DNA of 64,000 nucleotides, taken from assembly GCF_009914755.1 (NCBI RefSeq), contig NC_060940.1; one strand, written 5' to 3'. Positions 63,358-64,000 of this stretch are shown one piece after another; the stretch's first letter is position 1; each line of letters opens with the position of its first letter. The stretch comes from the human T2T-CHM13v2.0 reference genome, Homo sapiens. The translations under genes were made by a program, and so were the position numbers. Below the pieces are notes generated by a model. It ran no database searches and had not been told where the DNA came from. It saw only the letters and a list, made by a program, of their open reading frames with translations.

Positions 63358-64000
63358 TAAATGCCCAACCCATTCTTTTTTCTTTTATAACATATCTTTG
63401 CTCACTGCCTTCACTTGTCCTGGAACATCCAAGCCCTAATTTCAGTCTAAGACCCTAAGGCTTTCCTTAGATATCACCTCTTCCACAGTCTTAATAGACC
63501 TGTTTTCCCCACAGCCTCCAAATACAGTATATTGGCTTCCCTGCTGAGGAAAAGACAAAACTTCCTGAATGTTCCCTTACAAAGTAAATAGAAATCTAGA
63601 TTATGTTGTTGGAATTGACTTAGCCGCCAATTCTAATCATGGTTAAGTGAAAATTCAGCCCCTTCTACCCAAAAGAAAAAAAAAAGACTCTGTTCTGAAG
63701 GTCTTCATAATCTGCCTAAATCTCCAGATGGAAATCTGTCCTATATAAGTAAAGAGGAAAAGAAGTGATAAACAGGATAAAATAACCATAAAAAAATTAG
63801 TGTTAGGGAAACTGAACTATATATCATATGTAAGACTAAAGGTGTGATAATAATTGACTGTTAAAAACTTGTTTTGCTTGCCACACTGTATCTATAACAT
63901 ATTCATTATTTTCTTCCTTTTCCTGTCCTTGGAAATGTAGAATATGCTCAAACCACTTTTAGTTTGTCTTTTAAATAGAAAGAAGAAACTAAATGATTTT

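Overview
Human (primate) genomic DNA, mostly transposable-element derived, containing the 5' end of the nucleoporin gene NUP93 on the + strand. The gene parts present are a CpG-island promoter (~28.9-29.6 kb), non-coding exon 1 ending at 29164, coding exon 2 (48047-48239, ATG at 48061) and exon 3 (58352-58469); together they encode residues 1-99 ([19 protein letters not shown]...VKDTDIQ). The gene continues beyond the window. The upstream 29 kb is Alu/L1/L2/MIR/LTR-rich and, from recalled gene order, lies toward the metallothionein cluster on chr16q13; no MT gene is in the window. The most striking element is a ~2.95 kb SVA_F-like retrotransposon antisense in intron 1 with a 14-bp target-site duplication (TSD), a long higher-order VNTR, an extra 5' G, and a SINE-R cut short by polyadenylation 17 nt after an ATTAAA. 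Other candidates: a CTCF site with upstream motif, a dense E-box/TALE-Hox motif cluster, a tail-to-tail L2 fold-back hairpin, a possible exon 2-3 circRNA ORF, and a drifting pentamer microsatellite. No wholly novel system is demonstrable. Except for the NUP93 exon, the ORF track is repeat- or CpG-island-derived noise. Repeat subfamilies are recognised by eye and boundaries are approximate unless a TSD is given.
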